DNA of 64,000 nt from a virus. Its lineage: Duplodnaviria > Heunggongvirae > Uroviricota > Caudoviricetes. Positions 62,848 through 64,000 of this stretch are shown here, piece after piece. Where the stretch lies: the IMG/VR virus record IMGVR_UViG_3300017585_000052; one strand, 5' to 3'. The stretch's first letter is position 1; every line of letters starts with the position of its first letter. The notes under the pieces are model-generated. The model had not been told where the DNA came from. It saw nothing but the letters and a program-made list of their open reading frames with translations, and did not search any database. The translations under genes were made by a program, and so were the position numbers.

Positions 62848-64000
62848 TCAAACAAAGTCGTAAATGTTTTACTTGCTTCGCTTCTGACATCTTCTTCGAG
62901 ATATACACAGGCGAACAACGGATTTCCCTTTAATTCCTCGCACATCTTCACAAGCGGGTTTGACGTACTCTTATTAAGAAGTGACTGCTTATAATCTCCG
63001 CAGAAGAAGATTCTGGAATCTTTGCCAAGTCTTGTCCCCATAAGTTTAATTTGACTCTCAGTTAAATCTTCCGCTTCGTCAACAACAGCTATTGTTTCAT
63101 TGTACGTTGTGCCTTTTAAGTAATAAGGTATCTGCGTTTCTAATATGCCTTGTTGACGCAATCTTTCAAGCTCATAACTTCCACCGTCAAGCTGTTGTTC
63201 AAGAGGCTTAAAGAAGTCACCAGTTTTTTCAAGAAACTCTCCGGGAAGATAACCAACCTGTGCGCCTTCGCCCTTTGCCTCACGGATTCCTAAGATTCTC
63301 GACTGTTCGCCCTTTTCTTTAACCTTATATAAGGCCATACGAAGCGCAAGCATTGTCTTGCCAGAACCACTACTGCCTAATAGCGCAACTATTGGAGTGT
63401 CTTTATTATTAAGGGCATCTAAAGCGCAACGCTGATGACCATTCAGACCTTTGATAATCTTGCTCGGAGGCAGCTTTAATCCGACAAGATTCTCACCGTC
63501 AAAGCGCATTTCCGTTGTTCTTCCAGCCGCAGTATTATTTATAATAAGGTATTCATTTCTGTATAGAGTAGAATAATCAATACTTGCCATTTGAGCGTTG
63601 ATTTCTTCCTCATTGCCAGAAATAGTTACATAACCTTTATAAATATCATTTGCAATACTATTAAGAGTAGCAGTCTTTAGATGGAAGATTCTTTTTGCGA
63701 TATTATAGCAATTAACATCGTCAGTAACAAATGTTATATCTCCACGCTCAATATTGAGAAAATAAGCCTCTGTTACAATTACAGCGTCAGGAGTTAATTC
63801 AAGGCCGCTCTTTGCAATCTCATTGCAGATTCTATCATATTCATAGTTGCATACGATACAAGAATCATCATTTGCCGCTTGAAAAGCTCTTGCTAATTTT
63901 CTTGCAAAGTGTTTAGTTTCTTCGTCTTTTCTTCCAGAGGTTTTAATAGATTCAATTTCTTCCAGCGTCTTATGACTGCAAGCAAACCTCTATTCAAAAC
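62844..64000 (-). CDS. PIN-PhoH (YlaK-like) ATPase, 5' end beyond the window
   Basis: PhoH motifs LGSSGSGKTMLA, VVDEAEDLT and FFCGDYKQ. The frame continues upstream of the annotated Met into a PIN-like domain (..ITFVTDDVNCYNIAKRI..) through an in-frame TAG at plus-strand 63990-63992, and runs off the window. Confidence 0.65.

Overview
The window looks like part of a tailed dsDNA phage genome of about 37% GC, with Shine-Dalgarno-type ribosome-binding sites and PBSX-like XkdX, M15 and GH25 lysis genes that point to a Firmicutes host. Positions 1-25.9 kb encode a plus-strand late module; positions 26-64 kb encode a minus-strand replication, nucleotide-metabolism and accessory module. The two modules converge on a bidirectional terminator at about 25.97 kb.

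The main observations are:
- **Amber recoding.** Late genes are peppered with in-frame TAG codons while every confident gene end is TAA or TGA. Read this way, a ~6.7 kb tape-measure gene, a ~4 kb Tal-like gene, a tail fibre, a GT2 glycosyltransferase and a GH25 lysin each assemble from many short ORF fragments.
- **Intron-like insert.** The tape-measure gene additionally carries a ~260-nt structured insert with a frame change.
- **Diversity-generating retroelement.** A complete cassette is present: reverse transcriptase, template repeat, Avd-like ORF, variable repeat and target gene.
- **Ro60/Y RNA locus.** On the minus strand, a Ro60/Rsr-like TROVE+vWA protein gene lies near two permuted tRNA-mimic RNAs (T-arm, acceptor-like hairpin, D-arm, closing stem). 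These look like bacterial YrlA-type Y RNAs. A canonical tRNA-Arg(UCU) and a Thg1-like 3'-5' nucleotidyltransferase gene sit beside them, all downstream of a consensus sigma70 promoter.
- **Other recognisable genes:**
  - Replication: DnaE-type polymerase, primase-helicase, SSB, Cas4-like nuclease and a Sak4-like ATPase.
  - Nucleotide metabolism: ThyX, dUTPase, UDG and a dNMP-kinase-like protein.
  - DNA modification: three DNA methyltransferases.
  - Accessory: a NADAR protein next to a dual-specificity phosphatase, an SPFH protein, a secreted lytic transglycosylase, PIN-PhoH and a tyrosine integrase.

All calls come from reading the sequence and motifs by eye. No database searches were run.
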